59,052 nt of DNA, filler included, from Sphacelaria rigidula (GCA_964200075.2; 7 parts of 7 records of this genome joined end to end with filler, not necessarily neighbours in it); one strand, 5' to 3'. Positions 12,238 to 25,636 are shown, counted from the whole stretch's first letter. Translations and numbers: made by a program. Notes: generated by a model from the letters alone, not told the origin.

Positions 12238-12399
12238 TATGAAGATTGTGGTTTTGGTGGTACAGAGATCGCAACACCGCCTCAGAGAGCGCCGTGCACA
12301 TAGCAACCAATTTGATACTGGCTTGTGGTGATACAATGAAATGACAATGCCTTGCCTGGATCAGACTGCTTTGTGTGAATAACAATTATTGCATTGGAA

Positions 12400-13360
12400 A
12401 TCTCGCTTGCCGTTGGCACTCCGATCGAAATGCGCACCACTCTATTGACGCAACTAGTCCATTTGCCGAGTGTCGAAACCTCGAGAATATGGAAGCTGGT
12501 AGGGAGGCAGTGCCACGCAAGCTACTTGGACGCGGTCTCGTGTATCATCATGAGAGACCAGGAGCCACTAGCACGAGGTCCTCCTCGGGTACACCGGAGG
12601 GAAGGGAGTTGATCCCTTGCTGAAGGGAAACTTTGTCACCCTGCCAGAGCCGACCATCACGCCCTCTGGCCAGGAACTTCAAGCCAGTCCAGCTCATGTG
12701 GGGCGCAGTGCGGTCGCCAGTGTTGACATTTTGTCGAAGGTACGTCCGGGTAAGTGAGTGTAGTTGTCGGGCGCGACGACAGCGAGGACTCCCCAGCGAC
12801 GGGAGTGTATGATGTCGAGCGGGCATGCATCTACGGTGGACGGACGTAGGGTAAGCGGCCCATAGTTACTCTTCTTTGAGATCTCGCAGCGCCCAAGAGA
12901 TCTTCACTGAGAGTGGCTGTGCGCGCCGCTTGTCCTGCGCGTTCACTCCCTCAAGCATCCCAGCTCCAACTATGTTCCCCTCTTGCCTGAGGAGACAACG
13001 TTGGCGTCGAGCCCGAGAAATGATCCCCAACCTTTGGCTTCGGCGAAAACCAAACATGGTGACTGTAAAGTGCTCCACATGGGCTCGATGAGCTTGACGT
13101 TCCTGGAGTCATGATGGTCAGCTGCAGTAGGGCGACAAAGCTTACACTCAGCAAGGGGTAGATCATATCCCCCCCTGTGGGGCGAAACCAGCGCAACGCG
13201 CCAGTCGGCGGAGTTCTCCAGCGCGTGTCCACGATACTCCGTCAGGGGGATGCCTTGCGCGGATCCGCCTCCATATCAGCCTCCATGTTCTAGAGGCTCC
13301 TTCCTCAGCAGGCAGATGTAAGAAGCGCGGAAGCACTCTGCGACACATGCACTTGGGCAC
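12400..13360 (-). pseudogene. Degenerate coding remnant, probably the 3' part of a restriction-like-endonuclease (RLE) non-LTR element
   Basis: Broken frames with fragments such as GVNAQDKRRAQPLSVKISWALRDL and KFLARGRDGRLWQG that resemble the zinc-knuckle/RLE region; weak similarity, from memory. Confidence 0.3.
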
Positions 13361-13430
13361 AGGTCCTCAACACGAACAGCCAAAAAAAACACCCGCGACT
13401 ACTCAGTTATTACAAGTACCGGTTACGCAC

Positions 13431-13937
13431 CTGCGCCCCAGCGAAGAGTTCTCGATGTGTGAGCACGAAGTCACCGAGCAAGAACGCAGCAGACCACACT
13501 TGCTGTCCCACCAACTCCAGTGGCGTTGCCATTTTATGCACGATGGTCAAAACCTCATTGGTTGGCCTAGAGCTAGTCTGGTCCCGTGAACAAGTGTCGG
13601 CTCCGTCTCGCATACTGGGACTGCCGAAGCGAGGGCGTTTGCGCGAGGGGCGGCGGCGGCGGCAACGTTCAATGGAACACCCATCGGACATTTCTTCCCC
13701 ACTTGAACTGCTACAGATATCGTTGAGATCATCGTTGCTGCTACTGTTGCCGCCGTGATGTTGTGCTGGTGTAAGGTATCTGTATCGCGATATCACTGTT
13801 CCTCTCATTCCCAGCTCTTCTCGATGGTGGTCTTGGCGTTCGGGATCATCGTCATTATCTGCTTGCTCTCCCAGGTGAACTTCCGACAACACCAGGCGCC
13901 GTTCGTTCAGGTCCAGGTCGCTCTCCGCCGCGAGCAT
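13431..13937 (-). CDS. METTL22: METTL22 (protein-lysine methyltransferase) exon 1
   Basis: ATG at 13937. LVLSEVHL and IVHKMATPLELVGQQVWSAAFLLGDFVL match METTL22 hallmarks. Donor CAG|gtgcgt is phase 0 and joins exon 2 across a 4538-bp intron; basic NLS-like RRRRPSRKRPR. Confidence 0.9.
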
Positions 13938-14734
13938 TGCTGATGACAAAATAACGCGGCTTGATTGCGCTATATGGGCCAGTGTCCCCTTCTCTTCTCG
14001 TGCCGTGTCCCGTCACTTGAGTTACCGTGAAATTACTGGTCCAGAAAGAGATTTGGGGGTCACAGGTTACAGGGCGAGTGAAGGAGAGATTGAGATGGTT
14101 GTGCGATAATCCACCAACCGCGAATAGGGGTGTTATATACCGTATGATAAAAGCACAATCCAGTACGATGTAGAGCAGTTTGGACACAAGGAAATGTCAG
14201 CAACCACAGCACAACGGTGAGCTGCTGATGCACTACTCCAAACATGGCTGTCTCGACTTGTGGGATGGTCGGCAACGCATTGTTGTGCTGCAATGTTGTG
14301 CTGTGTACGACAGTCTGTACCATTCGACACAACAACTCGTGAATCATGCACCGTCCAATATTTTGCACAATCGCACGGAGGTTGGTCGACTCGAACACAT
14401 ACAGCAGCCCCTCGCTCTCACCAACAGGACCGCTGGATGCACCATGAAAAATTCCCAGCTAAGTTTCCTCATACGCACACGCAGTGCTGCTGGCTAGTTG
14501 CACCGTGCGCTGTGTATTGTCCGGCCGCTCCGGTGTGTTTTCAAGCTTCAGCCAGCAACACAGAGTAACAGAGGCGTTATTTTGAATGCTGTAACGGAGG
14601 TGCTGCCAATTTCGCCGCATTTTTGTTTTTTTGTACACGAGCGGAACCCATTTCCAAAGGTTGCTTCGGGAATTACGAACGCAACTGGTACACGGACAGC
14701 ACGGATATTTAGTATTTGATAGCTATAGATAGTC
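13938..14734. promoter_or_regulatory. Divergent (putative bidirectional) promoter/5'UTR region
   Basis: About 800 bp between oppositely oriented start codons; no recognised repeats. Confidence 0.55.
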
Positions 14735-15370
14735 ATGGAATTATTAGTCTTACTTTTACTGCTGGTCATGTTTCTGTGTCTACAACATGGTACCCCTGCG
14801 CAGGGAGCAGCAACATTCGAAGATGCGGAGAGCAGTGGCGCGACAAAAGCATTATCACGCGGTATTGGGACCGAGTATCTTGTCCAGCAATCAGCACCAA
14901 ATATCAGGAAATTAGAAGGACAAACTAAAAATGTTGCTCAAGGCCTCGGCGATCATTTTTATCAGCGGCAGCGACCTAGTCAACGGCGGCGCTTGGCAGA
15001 CCAGGACCCGAAGGCGTTAGCGGATGCAACACAGCCGGACAACTGGCTGAGAGACAGCCAGGATGAGAACTCTGTTTCATACCACTCGCGCTTTGCCTAT
15101 GTAACGGTGCTGCTATCCGACGGAAATGCCGTCGGTGTTAGGACGCTTGGGGAGTCGATACTGGACACCGAAACGTATGCTGACTTGGTGATGTTACTGG
15201 GCCCCGCTGTAGCTGCCGACACAGAAAGTAAGATACGGGAGCGGGGGTGGGCTGTGAGGCGATTGGAGGTCGGTGAAGGAGGAAATGAAATACATCAACA
15301 GAGAATTGCTGTCGGTGGAGGTGGCGGCGGTGGCGGCGGCGGTGGCGGCGGCGGCGGTGGCGTTACTGAG
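14735..15370 (+). CDS. Glycosyltransferase family 8 (glycogenin/PGSIP/IPUT1-like), first coding exon
   Basis: Signal peptide MELLVLLLLLVMFLCL; GT8 N-terminal motif AYVTVLLSDGNAVGVRTLGESILDT..DLVMLL..GWAVRRL; poly-Gly; donor GAG|gtgacc, phase 0. The DxD exon is not seen on this contig. Confidence 0.8.
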
Positions 15371-16733
15371 GTGACCCATGTACTACACGGTAGCGTAGCG
15401 GTTCAGTTCTCACTAGAGAAAGCGTGAACGTGTGTATATTCTGGACGGACTGTACATGAAGAAATTGTTCTTTTTTGCTCACACTGTCCGTTACACGCGA
15501 CGAGGCGAGGGGCTACCTGGATGGTTGCTATTCACCAACTGCTATTTACATGTATGTAGACGACACACGACAATTTTTTATCCAAGCTTTGGTGTATGTT
15601 AGCTATGCGGTTTCAAGAATGCCTGCCTGTATGTTAGTTAGTTTTGGACGCAGTGATTGTATGTGTGCGGTGTGATTGATCGTTTCGTGAGGTTGACTTG
15701 AAATTGTCCCGGTGCCGGCGCAACTGAACCGGAGCACTTGTCGATGGCGGCCTCACACCCTGACCTGGTGACTAAATCGCAGCACATTATGCTTCTCTCC
15801 ATGAACCGAAGTCTGTCGGCTGTATGTTCCATATTCGGCCTGTGGCACTAGGTATTCTTCAGACAGAAAGTACAGGCTGGGCCGCCCAAGAGACGCGAAC
15901 AGGAATATTGACACGCGATTTTATCCTGCTCAATTTTGGCTCGTTCACCACGAAGTTTTGACACGATATACGGGACGTACAGTAGTGGGCGGTCTAACTA
16001 TTCAGGGGTGTTTTGGGGTCTTACTCGCGTTCTACCCTTCGATAGAACTCGAAATTGCTAGCGTTGGTAGATTTTGGTACAAGAAACACATCATCCTCGA
16101 AACACAGTCTCCAAGTCACTGTTAGTTGGTGTTATCGGGCGATACGAGTAAATACCCCGTTTATCAGGAGGGTGTTATTGACCATGAAATTTAGTTTTTC
16201 GGCTCGAGTGCAATGAGTAGGTAGAATTAATAAATATGAAACTGTACATTTCTTCACAAATAGGATCGTGACAGGCTCTATTGACCGAAAATACCGAAGA
16301 GTAAGAATCTGGGCTGAAACGTGGCAGGATCCCCGATGACCACTCAGCCCATAAGTCACTCAATATTGAGTACAGATGAGTTTCTTTTATTGGAAGGTGG
16401 AGTGGATACAAATATATTCAGATCTTTGATGTGATAAGCGGTGGCAAGCGAAAAGAGCCCAAGAAAATCGCCAATTACGGGGGGAAAAAAACCCACAAAA
16501 TGAATCGTTAGATCGCCCACAAATGTATGTGCGAAGACCCCATCTTTTTTCCCTTGCCATTTTTTTTTCGTGAGTTATTGGCGACGAAACATTTTAGGAA
16601 GTTCTGAAATGTTCCGCAGCATAATCGCGTTTTCTTGTCGAAAAACCGGTTCCTATGTCGAGATAGACTAGCCACAAATAATTGAAACGTGGTCATGATG
16701 TTCACTTTCAAGTTGTTTTCCATTAAATTTTAA

Positions 16734-16802
16734 CCCTTTGGGAACTCTCCCCTCCCGTCCCCGGCCCAGACGCCTCATTATGAGAAGCCCTGACAAAGAA
16801 GA
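16734..16802. mobile_element. piggyBac-like left end (cut by contig edge); diverged homologue starting near 27434
   Basis: TTAA|CCCTTTGGGA..; CGCCTCATT..AAGCCCTGACAAAGA is shared with 27434-27505. Confidence 0.55.
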
Positions 16803-16902
16803 NNNNNNNNNNNNNNNNNNNNNNNNNNNNNNNNNNNNNNNNNNNNTTAATTAATTAANNNNNNNNNNNNNNNNNNNNNNNNNNNNNNNNNNNNNNNNNN
16901 NN

Positions 16903-18170
16903 CTTCAAATCAAGTCTAACGAAAAAATCATATTTTTCGTCAGTTACACGGAAATCTAACGAAAAAATCATATTTTAAAAACGGTTGCTACGGGAGTCAA
17001 ATTATACCCGAAACCGTGATGTTTCGGTGATGTCGGGTGTCGGCGTCGGCTAATTTCTACTTATGTTCCGAACGAAAGACTCGGGGAGCCTCGTGACGGT
17101 GTCCCCTATATCTGTTGTAGAAAAAGCTCAGATCGCCCTCCAACTTGGCAGTTCCGTAGGTATTGATGCTCAAAATGGAAAAAATGTATACTTGATAATG
17201 TTTTCTCCGTTCTCTTACCGGCTTCCGGGAGTCCCAGCATGAAGACCTCCGGAAGGCGGTACACAATGCCCTGGAAAACAAATAATGAAATGATGCGTCC
17301 CGAGAGAGTCCAAGGAACACATGTACACAGTTTGGTGGAGAAACTCGGAAACCTCATACAGTTTTTCTTGCCTTGACGTTAAATTCACCCCAAAATACGT
17401 TTCCATAGTTGAACCAAGTAGTCAGGAGTTGCACGTTTCAAACCCACGTCCTCCACAAACGCGCAAACTTTCACGTCGTCATTAGGAGTGAAATCCTGAG
17501 ACTTCGCATAAATATGCCATGTATCATTACCCAACTTTCGACGGGCGATGTGTTTTGTACTTCTTGAGGTTTTCACCGTTTTTCGGGGATCCGACGGGAT
17601 CGAAGTCGTTTTTCGAAGTAGTCTCCATTCTGGGACCTCAGAAAAACGGCACTGCTATATTATTTTTCATTTTTTCGCGGACTATCTGCCTCCGTAGAAC
17701 CCAACGATGGGCTCCACGAATTTTCGTCGCGAAACTCGATCAACTGATGCCTGAATCTCCATGTTCACGTCAAAGAAGGCCCAAAAACGCCGTTTTGATG
17801 CTAAAATCAAGAAGTCTGCGGTTTCACCGCGGTACTGCAAACTTCATCGCACAAAAGCAAAAAACTTGAAAACGCTTTGAGGAGTTAGACCCTGAATTTT
17901 TGCACAACTCTACTTTGGGACATTACGCAACTTTGCAGGAACGTTTTCTTTCTGGTTACCGTTTTACGGGGGTCCGATTGGGTCGAGATTCCCCCAAATA
18001 ACTGGGACCCCCGAAAAACGGTGAAAAAGTAAAAATTAAAACAAAAACGTTCTGCAAAGTCGCTTGATGACCCATAAAACATTCGTGCAAACGTTCAGGG
18101 TCTAACTCCTCAAAACGGCGTGAAGTTTTGCCGATGAGTATTTTTTGGGTGATACGCATGAACCAGCCTG
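16903..18170. mobile_element. Family B1 mariner-type element, left end cut by contig edge
   Basis: Collinear with about 10990-12237; right TIR TTTTTGGGTGATACGCATGAACCAGCCTG. Confidence 0.85.
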
Positions 18171-18849
18171 TTCGTGGTTCGTCACTTTGTTAAAACGTCA
18201 CAAGTTGTACCGCTATTCTTTGCTGCTACGACTTCATTCAAACGCAATGAATAGACTATACAATCTAGACTCGCAACAAAGGGCAGGTATTTGTATGTAT
18301 GGAACCGTGGTCCGTCGCGCGATTAGGCGTTCGTTTCTACTCGAACGTGCTCCCCGACCGAGTCATGCTACGATAGGGGGGGAGGAGGGGATTTTGGGCC
18401 GTTTTCTGCAATGAGAGTCCACTTCAATCGTCGTCAGAAGCAGCCAACGGCTGTTCGAATGCGCCTGCTCCCGATAAATAACGCTCATACATACTGCTTG
18501 ACACCGCTTTTACCCAAGTACAAGCGCACTGCGAGCGCTTTTTTGGTCGTTTGACGTATCCATGGGCCCATTTTTTCATGGAATCCCCCACCCCCCCACC
18601 TCCCTCCGCCCGTCACCCTGCCTTAGCATGACTCGACCATGCTTTGAAATGTACCTACACAAGGCTCCTCTCGGAGCGTCCTGCCCCCTGCCCCTCTCCA
18701 ACGTTTTGACGCACAAGACCTACCGCCCGAGTTACGCGTGCAGCGGTGGTATCAGTTCACACTTGGGCAAGACACACACCTACGGCCATATCCCACGATG
18801 GGCGCCGACATAACAACATAGTATATTTACACCGGGCTTCCTTTTAGCT

Positions 18850-20500
18850 GCGTCAACGATTCCGTATAATCGTACCGTCGAGGATGGCGGAGGCCATCGC
18901 TTACCGAGCGACCCCACAAAATTTCCATCCACATCTTTCTTGATGCGAGAAGCCTTCCGCATCACCGTCAGCAACGATGTAGTGACCTAATCGGCACACA
19001 GCCCAGTATCCGGGCCCTGGAATCCCCTTGTACATCAGCAACTATCAGCCTCTTCTTCGCCGATGCCAAAGCCGGTATCTGAAAGCATAGCAAAATATGG
19101 GTGACCGTTTCGTCCGTAAATTTATAACAAACGTATTGGGGCGTTTTCGGCGCAAAAAAGGACGCTGCGACGAATTTACTGGAAACTGGTCCGGAGCTTT
19201 CAGCTTGTCGAAGCACAGCCTACGCGATCATCGGACGGGGTGGAATACGCAAGCCACCAAGTCCCACACTTTTTGTGGTGAGCATGGTGCTCGCCACACG
19301 GTGTCAACGAGCCATTTTGTGGATGGCGGCGACCCTCGCCACTGTTCCTAGAACTACGCATTCGATGTTACTTCTTCCGCGAAGAAACAAAGATTTCCTC
19401 GACTACTTGATGTATATCCAGCATCATCCTCTTTCCCGCGGGGATCGGTACTAGTTCGAGCATAACTCCACCAAGAGATATCGACCCGAGTCTTTCACAA
19501 TGCCATACAGCATCAACCAGGCAAGCGAATCTACCTCGCCGCCTATCTGCACTGCACATACACACGTAGGCACACATCGTTGACACAGCAGGTGTCGGCC
19601 TCACAGATCGAAGCGTCGTCAACGCAACCTGCGCAGGGCAAGCGAGTGCAAACTCAAACGGTTTCGCAGAAGGACTCAGTAAGCAGTGGGGAATGCTGAA
19701 GCGAGGGCGGTGGAATACACACAATCTCACCAGAAACGGGTAGTCAGTCGGTTCCGCGCTTGGAGCTTAGCCGATCAACTGCTAACAATGTTTTCGTGAG
19801 ATTGAGAGTAGAGGATACGATTGAGGGTGAAAAGCAGTCAATTAGTGACTGAATCGTTTCAGTTCCAAAACGCACCTCCGTGAGGCCCGATATGTTTTAT
19901 TTAGTAGCTCGCCACTGAGGCCCTTGATATCCCTGAGTAGGATATCGACATGTAGCTGTAAGCACACGCTAGTGATAGAGACAGAAAAGCACACACGGAA
20001 TGAAAAATTGGCTAAGTTAATGCGAATGATCAAAGCCACTCTCAAGCAGCATTCTACTCTCAATCTCACGAAAACGTTGTTTGCTGCCGAGATACCCCCC
20101 CCCCCCCCCCCCCCCCCCCCCCACCGCACCACAAGAAAGAACGACAGAAAAGACNNNNNNNNNNCGTTGTTTGCGGCCGGGATCCCCCCCCCCCCCCCCC
20201 AAACCGGCCAAAAACGTGCACGGAGACGATGATCATAATTCCCGTTTGAGCTGGTTTCGTGCTGCACGCCGCGACTCATTTGGCGTTCTAGCTGTTTTCG
20301 GACTGCTACACGCCTCTCATGTGGGCGAAGTTGCTGCAAACAAGCCCAAAAGTGGGATCGCAGCCGATTTGTCGGACGGTCTCCGGTGCACGTTTTGTGG
20401 GGGGGCTATCTTGGCATTCGTTCATCACGTCCTCGACATCTCTTGCCATCCTGGATCGAGGCGATAGTGTTGTGACGTCCCGAACCACGGAGTCAAGGGC
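18850..20500 (-). pseudogene. Highly degenerate non-LTR (RT/RLE-like) remnant
   Basis: Interrupted frames with fragments such as KKRLIVADVQGDSRARIL, GNFVGSLGKRW and MSRGVQH; weak. Confidence 0.25.
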
Positions 20501-21329
20501 ACAGGTTTAATCCAGCTCGGAGAAATGCAAGACATGAGTCCTACCACCACAATACCAACTCCCACGCATTTTGCTGTAGCAATACGAGGATGATACCCTC
20601 GACAGTAATTTCCCCAATGCCCACTCTTACACTAGGACAGGGGTGACGGGCGTGCGCGGCAACGCAACATGAGCAGGAATTAGAGAAATGACGACAGAGT
20701 TTTTGCAAGCTCGTGTAACACTGGCAAGGGCACCGACAGTCTCTCCCAATCAATATCCGCGTTTCCCCACATGCAAACCGTTTCAGGTGCGTAGGTTTCT
20801 ATTCAGAGCGTAAATGGGTACATTTTACTCCGGTTCTATACTGATTGCTTTATGCCAATCCCAGCATAGTTTGGTACTACCGTTCGACAGTATTTTCGCA
20901 CGTTTTACCGAACCCAATACGACCTCTTTACCGCACCTCTTGAGAGTCCTTTACCTTGTGGAGGTTGACTCGAAAAGATGGATCTATTTAATGTTTACAA
21001 CCCTTGTCGATTTCGGTTTTGTTACGAGATAACTATACAGACGACAGTCAGTACATTAGAGCAACAAAAGCTAGCTGTGACGGGGTTCATCTGGCGTGTA
21101 TTGCCGCCAGCGTTGCTTGAAAGCCACAAGACCTTTGCGGTCGGCGGTTGATGGCGTGGGTCTCAAATGAAACGACACATGGTTGATCATAGAGCACTCT
21201 TGTTTCTCGTGAAACATATCTCACCCCAGCTTGTATTGAATGCCTCCTCACTCGGGAATTATCGAAAGCTGCCGTGACACACGCAGCGGGTGGGTGGGTG
21301 CCCAAGATTGCAGCATGGAGGAACGCCCA

Positions 21330-21935
21330 TGCGCCATGTCAGGCATCGTTTTCATCCCGCATAACAAGAAAGTCTTCACAAGTGCTTGATCTCTCATATA
21401 CTCCCTAACTGGCGTGTGGCGTGCTCTTGTCGTCGCGCACGCACAGGTACGAGTACACATGTCAGGTAAAATCAATGATGAATAACATTCCCCGAGTTGC
21501 GGTTGGATCTATTATTGCCGCAGCACCGTCCTTGCTGCACGATGGCATGTGTGTGACAGATAACAGTAGCGGTGACGAGAATATCGCCCTTGGTCTCAAC
21601 GACGTGCTCTGCAGCGCATAGAGGTATGTCCTGTTCGAACAAGGAGAGGTAGAGAAGAATCGATCTCTGCATTGGCCAGCTCCACAGGCAATAAGAGACG
21701 ACACCTCGGCACCTCGTTGTTCTTTGGGGGGCTATGCAGCAATAACCTGCCTACCGGCGCATGGGGCATTGGGCACATGCTGGTAACATACATGATGCCA
21801 GTCTCTAGAGCTATTGAGAATCACTGAGCGAGGACACATAGAGGATACGGGCGAGGATGTCTCTCTCTCTGTTGTTGCTCCTCTGGTGATATCATCATCG
21901 ACACGCGTGTGCACCGCATTCGTTCGGTACACGTA
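21330..21935 (-). mobile_element. Degenerate repeat, probable RLE non-LTR 3' remnant; inverted homologue at 24250-24800
   Basis: For example CTCTGGTGATATCATCATCGACACGCGTGT versus ACACGCGTGTCGATGACGATATCACCAGAG; a DGAAA fragment occurs in both. Confidence 0.55.
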
Positions 21936-23407
21936 GCCACAACTCCTTACTACTGCGGATTTTGGGGGGGAAGATGGTTTCCTTTGGTCTAACTATTAAG
22001 CGCCATTACTGCAAAAAAGGATATGCCTCGTAGACCCCATTTTCATGTTCGATCCCAAGAATTAGAATCGGCTGTTACACGTCCATACCATGGTTTACAG
22101 CGCCACCAGTCAAGCATTCAGTAGCAAACGGTGGGTAATGGCGTAGTGGCGTTCGTTGATCTCGCTGGGTCCGTATTCGATGATGATGTTGCAGTCGTTG
22201 TGGCGTTCGTTGATCTCGTTCGGTCTGTTTTCGGTGGTGTTGTAGGTGCTCGCCTCAGTCGGTGCCCGTACTCTGTCGTAGTTTCTGTAATACGTGGTGG
22301 CCGTGTAAAAGTTCTGAAGAGTGAAACACCGTGACTTAATCGCACGAACATGTGTTGCGTGGAATGAAAAACATGGGACGTTCAAGCGACGTCACAAACA
22401 CGTGTCCGAAGATGCTGTGGTGCCTGCTGCGCGCCGAGAGGATCGATGTTCCTGGTGATGCTAGTTTGTGCTAGATATGTGCCTCTGGATGCTGGTTACG
22501 CGTGAGTGAGTGCTGAACTCGGACTTGCTGGTGGAGTCATTTGGAATGGTTGCTTGAGAAAGCAGATGGTTTTTGCTTGTACTGAGTTCCCTGGCTAATG
22601 GGTATTTTCTGTACCGCGTCTTCTGCACTCGATGTTCCTGGGACGTTGAATCTCCCCGCTTTTCACATAGGCAGGTAATGAGGCTAGTAATTGGATGCAC
22701 GTAAATCCAGGTATTCCGGGAGGACCTCCACGACGGCGTAGAGGGGTTCAATTGGGTAGAAGCCCGTGGGTAGAATCCTTGATGTATATATATTCATTAA
22801 TGGATATTAAATATTGACGAACTCGGTGTGACCGACTGAATGATGGACGACTTGACCTGGATGCTGCTGATGTATAGTAGCGAACTGGAACGGACTGGGA
22901 CGAACACTGAATACTGTGGGGAAACCTAACCGCACAAATCGGGAAAATCTATCTCCCTTCCCAGCCATCAATCACACGAGCGCAACACAACCACACATCC
23001 TATAACTGCGTCACACATCATAATCTTACATGAACACATATAGTACCATAAAACCATAAAAAAAAAATCTGGTTGTTGCTACACACCATAAGCGACCGTG
23101 CCTATACCACGAATTATCATGTGTCGCATCAGAGATACTCTCATTTTCCGCCGAATTTAACCGTTGCAAACAGTACCCACACTTGACCGCTTATACCCGA
23201 TCCTCAACCGAGGTACAAACCTACTCCAGGCAAATCCAACCAACCATGTATATCATACTTGAGTGTGAGTATATTCGATTAGCTAGCCCTTACTGTAGTA
23301 CTTATGGATCTGTTTTCTGGATGCCAAGCACTTCTCTGATGTACCCTGTCTTCTATCTCATGTTTGTGTTACTTTGATGACGGAGTTGTCTTGGAGTGAT
23401 GCCCCGG

Positions 23408-23535
23408 GATGCTGGTGCTGGTGCTGGTGCTGGCGCTGGCGCTGGTGCTGGTGCTGGTGGTGCTACGACTGCGGGTGCTGCTGATACTGATGCTGATCCT
23501 CATGTTGATGATGACGAGGATGATGGTGATGATCA
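23408..23535. repeat. Degenerate (GCTGGT)n/(GAT)n microsatellite
   Basis: Direct reading. Confidence 0.85.
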
Positions 23536-24249
23536 TCACGGTCCTTCGGCCGTCAAGGTATGAGTATTTTTGTCGTAGAAGATGGGACAACGTTAGTTCC
23601 TGTTCCCCAGTCGTAGTCGCTGCGCCTGCTGTTGTGTGCGGTTGCAGAGTTGACCCGCTTGTTCTTCTCGTGAAATTTCACCTTTCCTTTACTATCTGTA
23701 CTGTTGTGTGCAGTTGCAGGCTTGGCCCGTGAAGATCTAATTTCACCGTGACTTCGACTTTTTTCTCATTTTAGCGGGTAAACCGCACGCTATTTTTACT
23801 GTTCTGCCGAATCCTGTCGGACGTGGTTCTGCTATCTTGACCGCTCCTGTCGGTTTGACGTCCGGTGAAGATACTCCTGCTGATAATGCTGTGCCCGCCC
23901 CCGTCGATTCTCCGGATACTACCTTGGTCGTGAGTCCTGACCCGATTTTTTTCGTTCGAGGTTTTCCAATTTCGAACAACCTGCATACTCATACAGTGTA
24001 ATGTTCGACCACAGCTGCTAATCGCAATTGTAAAATTTCCGAGACCTCATAGGAATTAACCCAAAAGACGCTTGAGACGACTTTTGTCAATGCCTCTACA
24101 GAACAAAAATATGTCTCTCCAGACCTGGAGCAACCACGGCAGGAAGCTGAACAGAGCGCGGAGTCCCTTCAAAATCAATGACGATGGTGTAAATAACGCC
24201 ATTTCCCTGGACTACGGGCACCGCGGTCCAAGGGTTAAGCAACTCTGGC

Positions 24250-24800
24250 TAGGTGCACCCAACGAAATGCAGTGTACACGCGTGTCGATGACGATATCAC
24301 CAGAGAGAGAAGCAACGACAGAGAGGAAGCTCCTCACCCGTGCCCTTTGTGTGTCCCCGACTACCGAACTCTCGAGAGACTGGCATCCTTGATCTTACCA
24401 GCATGTGCCAAAATTTCCATGTCCCGAAACACCAAGCTGCGGAGAGTTTCCGTCGTCTCTTCGTCTTGCCTGAGCACCTACCTCATCATCGATGCGAAGA
24501 TCAGTTTCTCTCTGGCTCTCTTTTTGGACAACACGCGCCTCTGTGCGCTGAAGAACATATCCCTGAAAAACAGGGCAATATTTCCGTCACCGCTACTACT
24601 GCTCTCTGACACACAAATGCCCGCGAGGATGGTGCTGCTGCAAAACCAGGTAGATCCAATATGAACTTAGGGGGTGTTATTCATCGTCGATTGTCCGCCA
24701 CCCCGACCGGGCGCTTGACCACACGCGAGTTGGGGGGAGTGCACGAGAGATGAAACACTTGTGAAGAACTTCTTGACATGCAGAGTGAAGAATCATACCT
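24250..24800 (+). mobile_element. Second copy of the degenerate RLE-like remnant
   Basis: Inverted homology to 21330-21935; HPCPLC zinc-knuckle-like fragment and ASWGECTRDETLVKNFL. Confidence 0.55.
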
Positions 24801-25353
24801 ACGGCGGTGACCTAACTGTTGCTAGCATCGTGCAGAGGGGTGCGTCAGCTGCGATCTGGAGCTTTGGTTGATTACTCTACCTCCCGTCGGCAGACGTCTG
24901 CCTATAGAGGTCACACTCGGTATTGATATCACATATGTTGTTATATACCCAAATTTGGAACACCTTTGAAAACGAACGAGTTCGTTTTTTCAAAGTACAT
25001 CGACATGGTTGAAATGACTCTTCTAACCCGAGGGGAAGTGTCCGCTTTGGGTCCGTTCAAGCGTTCGAAGATACTGTCGAACAGCTCTATGAATCTTTCC
25101 TGTCATTGGCATCTGCGAATCAGTACAGTTTAATCACAAATCGACATTTTAACGTCCTTATCAGAAACCAACGGGCACCAAAGTGTTTGCAGTTGGGAAG
25201 ACTGGCATTTTCATAGAGGAGAAACTCTGTGTTCCCCCGTGGCCGCTACATGCNNNNNNNNNNNNNNNNNNNNNNNNNNNNNNNNNNNNNNNNNNNNTTA
25301 ATTAATTAANNNNNNNNNNNNNNNNNNNNNNNNNNNNNNNNNNNNNNNNNNNN

Positions 25354-25417
25354 GACGCCAGACACGTCATTCCTGACCAGCCTCATTGGTCGTTCTGGAG
25401 GCCCGGTCCCAAAAGGG
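25354..25417. mobile_element. piggyBac-like right end at contig start
   Basis: ..GGTCCCAAAAGGG|TTAA, approximately complementary to the CCCTTTGGGA left-end type. Confidence 0.5.
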
Positions 25418-25636
25418 TTAATGTATATGTGCAACACATTACGTTCAAACGGTAACACGATTATATTTACTGACACCATATATATGGGCGTCTGACTCGT
25501 GTAAGCGCGACATATGCGTGCGTAATATCAATATGACTTCAATTAACAACAATCATGGACGCTGTGGTCGCTGTTGCCAGTTTGCAGCCTTCCGCAGGGC
25601 ACATTGTTCTCCGGCCCTCCTGTGTTCCTTACATTC

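Noticed and set aside
20074-20200. Short duplication CGTTGTTTGC.GCCG.GAT+poly(C) around a 10-N gap
   Set aside because: May be a scaffolding artefact or a collapsed insertion; cannot be evaluated across Ns.
16734-25417. One 8.7-kb piggyBac element from the left end at 16734 to the right end at 25417
   Set aside because: It spans two linkers. The possible transposase-like remnant at about 24940-25253 cannot be tied to either end.
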